From a virus (lineage: Duplodnaviria > Caudoviricetes): 26,953 nt of DNA. Each line of letters opens with the position of its first letter. Position 1 is the first letter of the stretch. The stretch covers positions 1-26,953 of the IMG/VR virus record IMGVR_UViG_3300033508_000328; one strand, 5' to 3'. Below are positions 26,680-26,953 of the stretch, piece by piece. The notes beneath the pieces are model-generated. The model had not been told where the DNA came from. It ran no database searches and saw only the letters and a program-made list of their open reading frames with translations. The position numbers and the translations under genes were made by a program.

Positions 26680-26953
26680 ATGAAAAATTTTCAATCATTC
26701 AATGACTTTTTAAACGAAGCAGTATTACCGGATAATGTATTTTATAGACTAATCGGAGGTGGCCAATTTGGAGGTGCCCCTATTAAAGTTGACCCTAAAA
26801 TAAACTCTGGTGTGTCCAATGTATTTGCAACACAACGAATAGATGCAATTAATTCAATGATTGAATATTGCTTAGATGAAGGTGAAAATGAGGATACTGG
26901 TGAATCAATTAAAGAATCCGATCTTCGTGTTATTTTCATAGAAGCAAGTAAAA
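26680..26953 (+). CDS. Partial CDS, putative head-internal protein with leader MKNFQSFNDFLNEA (not in ORF track)
   Basis: Open from ATG 26680 to the window end; variant of the shared leader. Confidence 0.7.
   Translation, partial: MKNFQSFNDFLNEAVLPDNVFYRLIGGGQFGGAPIKVDPKINSGVSNVFATQRIDAINSMIEYCLDEGENEDTGESIKESDLRVIFIEASK

Noticed and set aside
4717-26939. Other short minus-strand or nested ORFs (4717, 5484, 8424, 10515, 12450, 14823, 15294, 22724, 24441, 26742)
   Set aside because: They overlap better-supported + strand genes and show no independent signal.
1-26953. Stop-codon reassignment
   Set aside because: Core genes are intact in the standard code and end in TAA, TAG and TGA; the breaks seen are frameshifts or TAA.

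Overview
A very AT-rich segment of a large T4-like (contractile-tailed) phage genome, with all credible genes on the + strand. The host is probably Bacteroidota, inferred from TAnnTTTG -7 promoter boxes and A-rich starts lacking Shine-Dalgarno sites. Gene order: small terminase; DUF3541-like protein; DUF1704/MATCAP-like HExxxH peptidase; large terminase in two ORFs joined by an atypically split intein, with a Vsr-like endonuclease relic between them; tail sheath; two proteins with an MKxxQTFEEFLNES leader; tail tube; a decayed UDG-like gene; a third leader protein; small zinc-finger genes; two type IIA topoisomerase subunits; a gp26-like/gp51-like pair possibly joined by a frameshift; tape measure; ECF sigma factor; PD-(D/E)XK nuclease; a partly decayed glycan-modification cluster; and a fourth leader protein cut by the window end. 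Main highlights: the trans-spliced terminase, three promoter classes suggesting a host-sigma to phage-ECF-sigma to late cascade, a family of putative capsid-targeting leaders, and a topoisomerase insert resembling the T4 gp39/gp60 split-site extensions. Family assignments come from motif recognition and remembered sequences, not database searches.
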